The position numbers and the translations under genes are program-made. From the NCBI GenBank assembly GCA_907165135.1, contig OU015568.1, positions 8,928,001 to 8,992,000 of the forward strand: a stretch of 64,000 nt of DNA, given 5' to 3'. Below are positions 25,951 through 39,504 of this stretch, piece by piece. How positions within the stretch are numbered: the stretch's first letter is position 1; every line of letters starts with the position of its first letter. Under the pieces are notes generated by a model, which was not told where the DNA came from, ran no database searches, and saw only the letters and a program-made list of their open reading frames with translations. Source of the DNA: Oikopleura dioica. Lineage: Eukaryota > Animalia > Chordata.

Positions 25951-28900
25951 TTAACAGGTAAACTCGTCAGCTGCGTGCGGTACGCGTGCACCAGAGCTAG
26001 AACCGGGCGAGTTCACCGTGTGCCTTCTTTTGATTTTGACTTCCTTGGCTGGCGAAGCGGGTACTTGCGATTTGATTTCATTCTTTCGCGGGCTCTTCGT
26101 TCCCTTCGCGTTTTTCTGTGCCGATGATCGGGTTTTTACTTCCAATCTTTCTTTGCGGCTTTTGTGCACTTGGTCAGGTATGGCTTTGATTTTCTTTGGA
26201 GCTAGGGAGGATCATTATTGGCTGAAATCAAGAAAGAGAACTTACAAGAAACAAAGTTTTCCGAGAGGGAATCTTCTTTGTTCACATTTTCTTTTGAATT
26301 TCGTCTAAAGTTGTTGAGCCAGCTGGGACCTTTCTTCTTCGTCTTTGAACTTCCTGATTCCGAACCCGAGTCTGAGATGCTGTATGCGGCCGAGGCGGAC
26401 ATATTTGGCAAGTTGGAGAAAAGTTCCGTCAAATCGGACTTGTGCGGGTCTTTTCTGGGCGAACGCTGCGTCGGAGAGACTGGAGGTGGTGCAGTGGTGG
26501 AAGACGAAAACAACCAGTTTGATTTGTCGATTATTACATTCATTAATCTAGGATCGAGTAAGTAAAAATTTCAATTCGGTGAAGTTGTACCTGTATTGTT
26601 TTTTGAGTGTTCTAGCTTCGTCATTTACGAGAGGTGGTTTTTTATAATCGTTAGGATCCGTTTTGCGGCGGAGAAGTGTAGGCGTGATAACTACTGAGAG
26701 ATTGTGGCAGTCCATTTCAGTGAACTTCTGGTTGTCCGCCACTTTCTTCAGATGAGTGATAAAGTACTTGGCCGTGTTGTAGTGATATTGAGGTAGAGTG
26801 ATGAGCAAGCTGCGGATGCGTTGTAGCGATTCTAAAGAATTTGAAATTTGATTTTTGTTCAGAAGGCCATATATTTGAAGAGCGGTAAAATCTGACAGGT
26901 AAAATTAAATTCTTACCCTCGTCAATATTTTGGGAGGTATCGTCAGGTACGGCGTCGACAAAAGCATAAAAGCGTGAATCCGTAAACAATGGGTCTGGAA
27001 GTTGTCGAAAGAAGCTCTTGAGGACACTAGCAGCGATCTTGACGTCTTTCAACGCTTCGCAGTGATGGATGTTGTCCATGCATTTATTCATCTCTTCCTA
27101 AAATACAACAATAAAAGGCCCGTCCCCAAGTGGGGCGCTGTACCTCGACTTCGTTTTTGATTCTTTCGTTGGCAGCAGTTCTATAAATTCCATGGCAATC
27201 AGTTTCGATTTGAGATTCAATGATACGACAACAAGTCGTCACAACGAGTGGAAGGTCGTCATCCATCGGGCAATCGGCTAAGGGGACTCCGAACGTTTTT
27301 CGGTTGCGTTTTTTATGCTGAGATGGCGAGCGAGGACCCATAGAGAGTCTAGATTGGTTGGAGAAAAGACATAGAAAAAGATTTTTACCTTGTGTTTGGA
27401 GCGCGTTTGTACTTTGGATCGGAATCAAGTTTCTTCTTGATCATTTCCTCCAGATCCTCTGGTTTTTGAAACTTCTGAGCGAGCTCCCTAATCTTCTGTA
27501 CCCACTCATTCATTTCGGCGTTCCTGAAATTGGAAAAAGTCAAAAACCGACAGTTCTGATTGCTTATTTACGTTGAAGCCTCAATAAGCAGCTCATTGCG
27601 CTCGTCGATGCTAATTTTGAAGACATGATGCCTCTTGGTCCCATAGGATACGTCGCACAAGCAGCCACCAAGAAAAACGTCTACAAGCAGGGCGGACATA
27701 TCCACAGTAGAAGCAAATTGATCATTCGTCTGGCACACCATGTGACGAGTATTGCGGAACATTTCCGGACACTTCCAAACGTACAGGTAACCGGCGTGAA
27801 TCATCACAAATGCTGCTTGCCAACTTTTGCGCTGAAAAAGAAGTCAAAGTGACTTTGTCCGGTCTATTTGGCAATTGAGACTTATTTACAAACATCTACA
27901 TGCTATCAAGGCGCTAATTAAATGCTACTGGGTAATCCAATCCATAAATAATTCAAAACCAGCCTGTTTCCGAGAATACCCACTTTAGCAACAAAATTAG
28001 ATGATTTTTTCCTTATTGTACCTTAATATTGAAGACTTCTCCAGAAATCGTTTCCGGAATCTCGCGTATCCTCGTCAACAAGTCAAGATTGTTCTGCTGC
28101 TTGGGTTTTGAACCAAAAACGTTTTCGAATTTCTTTCTCATCTGTTTGTTGAGACTTGGCCTTCTCTTTAGCCCGTTGACTTCATCTTTTTTGCCTGTAG
28201 ATCGGGGCCGCCCGCGGATCCTCTTGGATGGAACACCGGTGGCTTCGACATAACTTTTGCGCGGATAATGGGCACCTGACGTGTTAACGCGATCCACTGA
28301 GTGAGCGCGGCTAGGTGGAGCTTCGCCAATACTGCAAAAATATATTTTATTTAATATTTGATCTTATGATTTTGAAAGAGAAGAGCCGGGACAATTTTAT
28401 TGCCGCTGTAAATTTAGAAACGAATTACGGCGATGATCATCGAATTCTGAAATCACTCGACAATGATCTATCTTAGACTATTATTTTAACGCCAGAGAGT
28501 ATCTAGTCAACAATTTTATAGCTCAGCAGAACTTTGTAGGAATTCAAACAAGCTCTTGAAATTCCAAAGAGGAAAGCAAACAGGTGTGCGTTGAGAAGAT
28601 GATTATGTACTCACCCGTCATGAGTAGAGAGTTTTGTCGTTGTCAGAACAGAATCCATACTTCCAGCGCGTCCCAGGGGAATCGCGATTTCACCAGTGTT
28701 ACTTTCTGACACTGCGTCTCCAATTGACTCCAGTGAGAATTTGAATTCGTTTCTGCTTTCAAAGCTCATATTTATCAAATCTTCAATGATTTACTACGGG
28801 TAATTAATACCATTTATTTGGACTGGGAATCTTACTGGGATTTATTCTAAAGCCCGAAATATTATCCTCGAGTTCACGAGATAAGGCTTTCTCAAACATC

Positions 28901-31900
28901 TCTAGCCCTCTCCTCAATAAAAATTGTCCTACAAATATTTGAGCTCTTTCCTGTAGTCTGGCTTGGAGTTGTTGACTGCAGTAATGTAGCTATTTCTCTG
29001 CTCGCGCATTAGATGTCTCTGACTTGAGTTGTTTCTTTCGATAGGTTTAAGAAATGTTGAAATCAAGGATGAGTACCTTATTCGAACAGCATCAAATTGG
29101 TTGACCAAATTGCCATCAATGAACGGTATCTCGCTTGTTTTCACTTCCAAACTTTCTTTGCTCTTGCTCTGCTGGGCCAATTTAGTATCACGCGCCGAGG
29201 ATTTGTTCGACGTTCTCGAAGAATTATCGGAGTCAATGTTGGTTATCTGGTGCACGCCCGCGGCGGGAGCAGGGGCTTGGGGGCGAACTTGCGGCCGAGA
29301 GCGTAGATTCAACCGGCTTGGGGTGGCAATTTTACTTGCGTTGATTGAATCGGGCGAAACGTGGCGGCGTGCCCGGGGCGTGTGCGCCGAGGATGAAATC
29401 ATCTTCGATTCGCTTAACAAACACGAAATTATAATTTTGAAAATTTATCACAAAAGGGCTCCCCGGGGAGGGCCAGTGCGCGGTGCACCCGCTCTGATGA
29501 AAATGTCAACCGTCTTTTCAAAGAGAGACATCTTTCCTGTAATAAACTGAAGCAACTAACCTGTACTCTTTTCTCTGTCTGACAACTTCGTGGTAAGGTG
29601 GTGGCTCTTCCCCTGACAAGATGCCCGCGCTCGTGGCAGATGAAGCAGTGCTCTTCTGCAGCTCATCCGCATGATAACGAAATCCGTTAAAGGTTGAGCC
29701 GTTCAGTCTAATCCCCGCATCTTCTTCATCTGAGGTGCCAATCGAAATCGACGGGTCAGACCCGTGAATAAACCCTGTCGGCCTTTGCGCACGGCGAGCA
29801 CCTTGACTCGATGAACTTTTTGGAGAGCGTAACACAGCCCGTGTTGGAACCTAGAAAAAATTTTTAGTGAAATCTATTTGAATTGCTGATCATATTTCTA
29901 GTTTTGATGGTTCTTGGAGTGCTTGTTAATTAAGTTTAGTTTGATTAGCTGAGACAACTTATGCTACCCTCTGATTGGCTCAAATTCCCTATAAAAGGTT
30001 AGAGTAAGAATAGAAACTCGAAGATGTGCGCCCGAGTCTCAATTAGATACGCTAGTTATCTATAAAAAGCTCAACATAATTTCTTACAGCTGATGTGCCG
30101 GGTTGACAAGTGGAACATTTCTGTTGTATTTCATCGGAGCGGAACTGTTGATTTTCCGCTAGCGTTTGATAACTCTGGCTGCGCGTTGTCGAGCCCGAGA
30201 TGATCGAAGTTTCGCGGGTTGACTTGACTTGTCGGGATTGATTGTCCTCGGCAGTTCTGAAGTCGAGACTTTTAAGCCCTCCAGTTGTCGGAAGCGGCGA
30301 TTACCTGAATGATTGGGAGCGATTTGGCAGCTTTCGCGCTTTCGTCTGTCTCGTTTCCGGATCAGTAGTGACAGGTCGAGCTCCAGTCGAGCCATCAGTG
30401 ACCTCGCCACGTGGCGTCATAATTACCGAGCTCGTGGTTGAACTTGTAGTTGAACCAGAAGTGGTTCCCGATCCCACGGTTGACTTTCTCGAAGGTCCTT
30501 GGTACTGCTGCAGAAGCTTGGTACTCTTGGTCAATCCCAAAACTCCTGGAGACCCAGTGACGTTTGACGGTCTCTGGCGCGTGAAAATGCTGTCAGCAGT
30601 GGCGCGGAGAGGATCTGGAATAAAGTCTATCAAAAACTTTTCTTTCAGTAAAATTGGACTTGAAAATCGTGGAATAAAAATTGAAGCAACAAACCTTTGT
30701 TTCCAGCAGAAAAAGGCCTTGATCTGAAGCTCTGAGATCTAGCCGTCGATCTCCTAAAGCTAGAGTTCAAATATCCATTCTGACGAAGACCAGTCGAAAA
30801 AGTCGCCTGGGATCTAGGAGTTGATCTCGGTGTTAGCTGCGAGCTCAAGCTCAAATTCGCGTTTTGTTCTCGATTCTGCGTTGTCTGACTCGTCTGACTC
30901 GTTTGTTTCAACGCTGCTTGTGTCTTTTCGGGCGTTAAAATAACTACTCTGGAGACGGCGATTTCGGGGCTTGTTTGTGAAATGGGACTGCAATTGAGCT
31001 TGATACGAAGCGAGCATAAGGGGGATAAGGCTGCTCCCGCATTTCCCAAATTCCTGGATTTCCCAAATCCTGGATTTCTCAAAATCCTGAATTTCTCAAA
31101 TCGCCAAATCAGGATTCTGCCGATTCTAGATTTTGGGAAATGCAGGATTTTTTTCTTTTGAATAAGTTTTCTTGCTTGGTTTAAAAATCCAACTCAGATT
31201 AGTATAGATTTGAGTTAGTTTTCTTACTTAACAAAATTTATATTGATTGATCATATAACTTTATTCTCTTGGCTTCTTCATAGACTATGGTCCATAGTCT
31301 ATGGACCATAGCCAATCCTGGCTTCACCAACTTCAATCCTGGCTTCAACAAATTCGATCCTAGCTTTACAGACGTCAATCCTGGTGGCTCAAACGTCAAT
31401 CCTGGCATCTACAGCGTCAATACTGGCTTCTAAAATCCGATCCGGCCGTCACTTTCTTCAATCCTTGCTTCTCAGATGTCTCTCCCGGCTTCTCAGTTCT
31501 CTATTATTGCTTCTTGAATGTCGATAATGGCTTCTCCAAGATTAAATTCTTGTTGGAAAATCCTTGATTCAAACTGATGAAGCCGGGATCGACGTTGAAG
31601 AAGTCGGGATTGACGTCGAAGAACCCGGGATTGACATTCGAGAAGCCATTATTGAAGTCGGTGAAGCTAGGATTGACGATTACAAACCAGAATTGACGAT
31701 GGAGGAGCCATGATTGATATTATATCAATGATATTGCCAATCATTGGTCATATTGGAGAAGACATGATTGAAGCCAGGATCGGGGTTGAAGAAGCCAGGA
31801 TTGGCTTCTTCTTGGGCAAAAGGAGACCACTTCAAATTTTAGCTGAATCCTTCATTTCTCAAAATCCTGCTTTTCCCAATCCTGCATTTCCCAAAATCCA

Positions 31901-34900
31901 GAATCGGCAGAATCCTGATTTGGCGATTTGAGAAATTCAGGATTTTGAGAAATCCAGGATTTGGGAAATCCAGGATTTTGGGAAATGCGGGAGTAGCCGG
32001 GGGATAATGAATTTGGAGAGTACGTCACATATGCGACTCGGGGTTGAGATAAACGCCACTCACACGTGACGATTTAGGTGATGAGGGCATAAAATGATAG
32101 ATGTGAAATCCTTTCTGTCGCTTCGTTAGAATAGCCAAATAAGTAATAATAGCAAAAGCTCTAGCTTTACATAATCAATCAGCGTGACATAGTAATCTTA
32201 GCTAAATCTACCGAAATGGCAAATAAGAACGACTCTTTTCATAATTGAACATAATTTTCATTATCGTCGATCTTCTTTTTATTTATGAGGAAGTAATTTT
32301 TCGCTCTACGTATCCTGATAATCCCGCCTTTTTCCAACTCAGCGTTTTTTCTCGGCCCACCTGAGTGGATTCGCCAAATACAGGCGAGGCCCTACTGTAT
32401 TCTACTAAAAGAAAAATTCCCATTTCCTAGCAAAATCGTAGCATTTATGAAATTTCGGGTCATTGACTTTTTTAGGCTCAAATCTTCAAAGAACAAAAAT
32501 GATTCTTTTTGACAGATTACAGGAAACTTGTAAGAGTCTTAACCTTCTCATGAGCCCATTCTCAATAGCATCAAGTAGGAGTAACTCGAAGAAGGACACC
32601 TTTTTTCGTGCTTGCATTTTCTCTTTTTGAAGATGAAAAAATGGCACTCCAAAGTGCTTGAAAACGCACCTCGTCTGGCTTCGTGAACATGAATAGAGAG
32701 GGAGAGATAGGGATTTAGAGCGCAAGCAAATCTGAGCGATGAATGTTGCGCTCTTAGAACGGGGATTCTAGCTAATTTCCCCGTGTCAGCACCTGAGTTG
32801 GATTTATCTGATCATTAATTGTTTCGCGTAACAAAATTGGCTTTCAATCAAAATTCTTCATCATCAAATATTATTTGAAATTAAACGCGCAGTAAATTTC
32901 ATCCTAAAATCGAAGATCACCGTAAAACGCGTAAAAACGAAATAATCTCAAATATTTATCCAGAGATGGCAATTTTCGCGCTCTGTAAAAAATACCGAAG
33001 TCAGCAATTATCAACCGCTAAATTAACGCCTTCCTGAAGTTCTCGCGTTAGCTCCTCGATTTCTGCAACGTCGCTTCGGTCTGATTGTGCGCATTTGATC
33101 TCACGGGGGATGTCTTTGATGATGTCTTTCAGAAGGGTTGAAAAATAGATTGCCCTTTTTATATTTCAAATTTCAGGTTCGACCCTTCGCTGGAATGTGC
33201 CTACTCTCAGTAGACTCCTGTCTTCTGAGCAAGGTGTGAATCGAGTCATGAGAAGACGATCTTGGCGCTAGACTAAAACTCCCTTCTGCCGTCGACTGGT
33301 TGAGATCTTTAATCCTGTCCACGATTCTCCGCCGCTAAAATTAATTCAATTAGCATTTCAGAACTTGCTCCAATCGTATATCACTTTTTGACATGCCATT
33401 TCGCGCCCGTAAATAAAACTATAATAACTAAACACAGCTTTGATCTTTTAAAGCCATTTCTCTTTTTAAGGTTATCTGGTGCTTAGAAGAATTTAATTTA
33501 CGTAATTTAAGCTTGCAAAAGAGGGCCTTAATTTGGAATGCAGGGCGGAAATTTAATCTTTTCCGCAAATCTATCGGAGAGGAAATTCGATCATCGGCGG
33601 TAGTAGTACCGATATTCTGAAAATTCTTCATGTCCACTTAATTTTTAGCCGTTCCGATTTTCGATAAAGATGAGATTCTTTACGAATGATTCATTATATT
33701 AAATACCGCTTATAAGTTATAACAAGGATTTAGACTAGGGCCTTTGTGAAAACTGATTTTTTGGCTTGAATCGGAAGTCCAAGGTCACACCCGTGTAAGT
33801 TCGAACAAAGCCGCTTTGAAATTTTACCCGGTAAATTGACAAGTGACAAAATGAAGCGGAACATAAATTTTTTTCTAAGAAAGCCCCGGCAAGGGGTTGT
33901 GCTATTGTGTCAAAAATTGGCAATTTTTGATACTTATGATGCTTCTAGCCGTCATAGCATGAGCAAGAGGATAAAATTAAGATTTTACAAAGAAATGTCA
34001 GAATGAGTACGAAAAAAGCGGCTGGTCAGAAATTTAATGATAACAACAGGTTAAGCTCTCTTTCGAGAAAAGAGTTAATGCAAAAGCTTATCAAGAGTTG
34101 ACTCTTGAGCAGCCATTTTAACCCTTTCACGCATTCAGGCGGAAGAATTGCCATTACGCGCGTAAGGGTTAAAACGGCTGTTCCAAAATAATCTAAGCGT
34201 CCGGCGGAGAGTTAACCGATAAGCTCGCGAATTAACGCTTTATCAAATATTTTCTCGAGAGAGCTTAACCTGTTTTATCATCTGAAATTCGCTTTACCCT
34301 GCTAAAAGCGTTTTAAAATTTAGATTTTTAACAGACTTGCCAAATTCGCAATTATGAAAATCGAATTCGGGGCATCATCTTTTGTGCGTCTAATAAATTT
34401 CTTTCTTTTCAAAACTTTCAAAAAGAAGCAGGTTGTTAGTGGTCGGTATTGATCTTTTTTGTGAAAGTTGACTTAGCTGGCATCTGGAGACGCAGCGGAA
34501 TTTTCGAAATTTTATCGATCCCGAATAATTAAATGCAATTTAGGGTTCAGTTTCAACTCTCAAATTCGAAACGCGAAATTCAACCCTTCTAAATATTTTC
34601 GCTGGACATTTTTTGGTGGCTAAGAACTTCCGAAAATAATCAAAACTTGACAATTTGAGGTGATGACAAATTTAAAACCCGCCACTGGCAATTTTGAAAA
34701 GAAAAGCTTTCAGTTTTGAAAACAAGCTCCGAAAATAGGCTTTCTGATTCTGCTATTTTGAGAATCTTGAAAATAAAAATACAGTAATTAAATTATCCAT
34801 TTGTGAGACGGGAATCTCCGCTAAAAGAATAGAAGAAGCGTTAATTTGATTATAATTGATAATCTTCTAATGAATTCTCCTTCTATCTCACTGTACCTGA

Positions 34901-35031
34901 CACTGAGTCAATTCCCTGTCGATGCCCTTAAACTTCTGTCCAATGGAAGATCCGGTCTGTGGCCTTACCGGATCTACGGAATTGTCGTTCATCTCTTTTT
35001 CCTCATTTTCGGGAGTCAAATTATTTTTCAT
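25951..35031 (-). CDS. ARHGAP21: PH + RhoGAP protein (ARHGAP21/23-like); exons above ~31000 tentative
   Basis: PH segment CLCDVSYGTKRHHVFKI; RhoGAP TFGVPLADCP, GIYR arginine finger, ASVLKSFFRQLPDPLFT, HLKKVADN..MDCHNLSVVITPTLLR. Phase-compatible upstream exons at ~33170-33337 and ~34897-35031. Confidence 0.8.
31029..31998. mobile_element. Mutator/foldback-type MITE (970 bp), intronic
   Basis: 9-bp TSD GGGGGATAA (31020-31028, 31999-32007); ~120-bp TIRs GGCTRCTCCCGCATTTCCCAAA...; inner inverted arms of a degenerate 21-bp repeat. Confidence 0.92.
31279..31311. repeat. CATAG-bounded 14-bp palindromic unit (two copies)
   Basis: CATAG-ACTATGGTC-CATAG-TCTATGGAC-CATAG. Confidence 0.6.
34030..34289. 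repeat. Degenerate foldback palindrome (old MITE-like)
   Basis: Perfect 16-bp IR 34045-34060/34259-34274, imperfect pairing inward and outward; no clear TSD. Confidence 0.6.
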
Positions 35032-36814
35032 CGTTCTTTACAAACTGCCATATGCTTTTCCTTCTTCATTTTTCATAACAACATGCTCTAGAAAGTCTTC
35101 TTTTCAAATTCTCTTTTGAAAGTTTTTCAAGTTCGGTTTCGGTTTTGGTGAATTTTTGAAATTTCTTTCTTGACTTTTTGAATGGGCCCGTAGTAGCCAG
35201 CGTTTTTCGACGGCGGCGCTGATTGGACGAACAGCGACACCTACGCCGCGCCAGACTGGCGCCGAGCACCAGCACCAAAAGTCTAACCATTTTTAACTGC
35301 TGTAACAAATAGATATAAATAAATTACACACTTAGATCGAGGGAATACAGTCAGATACTGGATTTAACTGATTGTTATTATAAAAACCTGACTGTATATT
35401 TCAGATGAATAACTTTCATTTATTTTCTCTTATTAGTCTGTCTGTGACTGGAGTTAGAATTCCTCCGAATCAGTACTGATTCACGTGATTCAAGTTATTG
35501 ATCCCGACCGGCCATTAGAGTAGTCATTTTTGATAACTACCAATGATAGTCTATCGCTGAAGACTGTGATGGTCAGTCAGTATCAATAATTTAATTCCGG
35601 GTACTTCTTTATCATTCAAAAGCAAATAGAAGCTCCGAACAACTAAAGAATCTTAAAATGGTCAATTCCAATTCTGAAATTCATTTCGAATTCGTAGCTT
35701 TTATATGTAATTGCTCGAGAGACAGTATTTACCCGAGTATCGCGCGGGGCACCTGGGTCAACAGCGCACGATGATTAGCTTTCCTTTTTTGTGAAAATAC
35801 ACTTCATGATTATAAGTGATACGTAATCCGGACACGAAACGGATAACTACCAAGTGTTGGATATAAAATTCTAGTTTTGGCGACGCTAGGGCGCCGTAAA
35901 CAACATTTTTCGCAAGTACCAGAAATCGTAAACTTGGAAAAACAATCCAAAATCTCGAGGACCCTACTTTTCGCGGAAAATATGAAACTATTCCTTTTCT
36001 TTTAATTATCCCGCTTTTTTTACGAACTTGAAATAACGATCAAGCTACGAAGAAAATACAGAATTTTGGAAAAAATTTGATAAATTTTTCATCTTTTTGG
36101 CGCTTCTCCAAAGTCAACGGTACTTTTCAGATGCCACGGATTACCGCGAGATTTGCTGAAAAAGCTGAAAAATGATGCTCATAATTACGATACATGTTTG
36201 CTTGGAAATTAATTTTCTACCCCGGAAAATGTCAAGCAATGTCGCTTATTCTAATCCTTCCAACAACATTCAAAATAATCAAATCAAGAGCAAGTCCTCG
36301 AGACGGATTGTCTGTGAGTTTGAATTTCCTCGAAGAAATTCTTTTTCAAATAGCGCCCTTGTCAAGGCACGATTTACAACAAGTGGCGCAGCATTTCAAT
36401 GGGATAAGCTTCCCCATAAAATTGTAACGGGTGAAATTTGCTCCTGCCAGAAACGGTGCCAAGTTTATTCACAAAATGAAGACAGTTTTGGAGTATTCAG
36501 GGAACTTTGATTCATCAATTCTCTCAATAAAGACGCTCTAGTTGTCATTTTAGATGGAAATTTTGAACGATTTTGGTCAAATTTGTCCGAAAAAGCATTA
36601 AATTTCCTTACTAACCTTCAATTTTTAAGATTATTTTGATACTCTTGAATCACATAAGGCTTGAAAAGCTCGCATTGACAGCACAAGTTGTCATTTTCGA
36701 CAAAAAATATACAGTTTCCTCGAAAGATCTGATCAAGAATGAGTTTCTAGTGGAAAATGTCCTTATTTTTGAATAAAAAAAATTCGAAAATGTCGATAAT
36801 CTCTAGATCATCAG

Positions 36815-38612
36815 TTGTTGTCAGCCCTTTTCTTGTCCAACGCTTCAGTTACTTTGACGCCGTTTGACAAGTTTTGTTTGAATTCTACGCTGAAAGAAAC
36901 GTTCGCCCGCACTTCTTCAACGATAATGAGATCAAACGGCGGAGGATCCGGCGATGCCACCAATATGTTATGTCGCCAACTGGTAAATCATTTCTCTATT
37001 AATCTTAAAAAGCGGTAATTTTTGTAGTTTGTTGGGCAAATCCCGGGCGATTGGACCCAAGATACTCTCTGCAAGCATTTCTGCGAATACCTTCACATTC
37101 CGCTCGAAGAAGCTGAGGACGAAATTCATTTTGACAGGGAGATCCCAGAAGAGGATTACGGTACCAAAAAGAGTAAGTTTTATCAGAAGAAAAATCTTCT
37201 AAAATACCTCTAAGAAATTGCCTTCATTCGATTTGCGAAACCGATGATCCACAAAAAAGCACTTGATAAAACGACGTTCAAAGGAAGTCCAGTTTTACTC
37301 AATATCAAGGTAAGTTTTAAGGGTGTCAACAATGATAGAAAATGCAAGTTCAAGTAGATAAATATTGTTTCTAGCCGTCACATTGGGAGCTAGAGGAGGT
37401 AAATTGTCAATTTATCGACTTTTTCTTATCAGTTTTACTCACTCATTTATTCGAAATAAAAGAGCTCTAGAAACCGTTATAATCTATTTTCAAGGAATCA
37501 AACCAAGAAGATAAGAAGAGAAAACTCTTCATCGGAAGGCTGAGCGATCACGTGACAGAAGACGACGTTGAAAAACTTATTTCAAAAATCTGCCCCGATG
37601 CAGCGAAGTTGATCGAGAACGAGTTCCCCCAAGTTCCGGATAAGAACGATGGCAAGCCCAAAATCGCTTTTATCCAGTTTGAAAATCACAACGCTGCCTA
37701 TTCCTGCAAAGGTACTCTTTTTTTCGTTGATTGATGACAACGATGAGTATTTTTAGATGCACTGAAGCGTGTTTTTGAAAACCCTCAACCCGAGGTGATT
37801 TCGTTGTTGGAGCACATGTGCTGTCGAAATGCCAAGCTCAAGGATCTCATCGACTCTGTCGACTACCACAAACGAGGCAGGAACGAAATCTTCAGCCTTT
37901 CCTCCTCCAATTCAGTTCGATCGCTGAACTCTTACAATGTAAGTCAACAAATACATGCTTTGAGACTTTGGTTAAATGTAACTTAGGGCGGCAACATGGA
38001 GTTCTGGTACCGCGAAAATGAAGCCGGCGCGACGATCCACTACAGAAAAGATCACGGAATTAGAAGCGTCTTCATTCCTTGTAAGTTTCTTCCCCTTTTC
38101 ACGCCCTCAATCACATTTAAGCCGATCATTTGAAGAAAAAGCCGCACCCACGAATTCCTGCGCGTGGCACAATGGTCGAATACCGCGAAGTCGTCCCTGG
38201 CTTCTCTGACATGAGCCTTCATTCGTCATTGAGCCAGTGCGCCGCGCTTCCTGCTCCAAGACCGAGTCGCTCATTTTCTCGACTTAGTCATCACACCACC
38301 ACTTCGATGTACTCATCTCTAGGAAAGGCTTATTTTTTTGACTGAAAGTATTTTGACTATTGAAAAGTTCTCCTTTTGAACTCCAAAATTCCAGAAATGA
38401 GCCTTGAAGGAGGACACGAGTCTCCAACTGGCCCTCGGCTAAGAAGTTCGCTGAGCGCTCAGCATCAGTCAATGCTGTCGATGAATCAGCAGAACCCCTA
38501 CAGCGCGTTCCACAACCCGCACTCTCCCCTCAACTGGAACGGAAGCCGCCTGACTGGAACAGTGTCGGAGTCCTTCATCAATCGACAGCACAACCAGCAG
38601 AATCAGATGTAA
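36815..38612 (+). CDS. RNA-binding protein with two RRMs (divergent, CELF-like RNP2 motifs; start uncertain)
   Basis: FVGQIP...IAFIRF (RRM1) and RKLFIGRL...IAFIQF (RRM2); low-complexity S/Q/N tail. Confidence 0.65.
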
Positions 38613-38781
38613 AACATCTTTTATATATATGTAATTTATTGTACACACGATTGCTGTATATTTTTGTATTCCAAGATATAATATATATTTATTGTTAAAA
38701 TTGAAGTCGTCTTCTTTGATTTCGCCGGTAGTTTTTGTTGATTTGGGTAATTACAATGAACAGAGAAAGTGGTTTTGACTG

Positions 38782-39316
38782 TCAGATGTTTCTGTTGTTG
38801 TCACTGAGGTCTAAGAGAGTCAAGTGGCGAACAATCTTAAGGCCAACTGCCAGCAAATCTTCAACTGCTGCGCACATAACGGTCTTCGTAAATGACTCTC
38901 GTTCTTTTGAAATCTGCTCACTTTCCCAGTCCCCGCAAGTTTTTCGAATATGACCTGAAGTTCATTATCAGTGATAATTTATCACTGTCGTTTTAGCAGT
39001 TTTACCTTCAAATATTTTTCTGACAACTTCTTCAATTTCATACGGTTTCCTTCCAAGAAATTCTCCACAAGCTCTAGGCAAAAGTCTCGGATCTAACTTG
39101 GACAAAAGCGAGCATATTCAGTGGCACACCATTCTTCGTTGCACAGTTGTATACTTTCGGATAGATAGGACTTACTTCCAGTGACATTCGCATCGAATCC
39201 GCCATACACCATTTCCAGGCTCGTCCATCAACTATGAACTTATTTGGCGCCCTTACTACACAGCCGCCTGAAATGACGACGACTTCGTTGGGACCAGCGG
39301 TGACAATATTTCCCAT
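38782..39316 (-). pseudogene. FLOT2: Flotillin-2-like, frameshifted and truncated after SPFH domain
   Basis: MGNIVTAGPNEVVVISGGC, SLEV, NGVPL, ACGEFLG, FEGHIR; frame break at T4 run 39080-39083; stop at 38782-38784 before the coiled-coil domain. Confidence 0.7.
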
Positions 39317-39504
39317 TTCAACAAACTAGGAGCCACTTAATTGAAAAATTACGGGTAATGTCAAATTCTAGAAAGCATTTTTGCCATAATTTCTGATGCG
39401 TACTTTGCATAATTTACGCAGAACTGTTTTTGGTTTTCTATTGTATTTTTTCAGTGATAAATGTACAAGGATTTGAGTGAAGTGTGAGAGCAGGCGAGTT
39501 ACAG

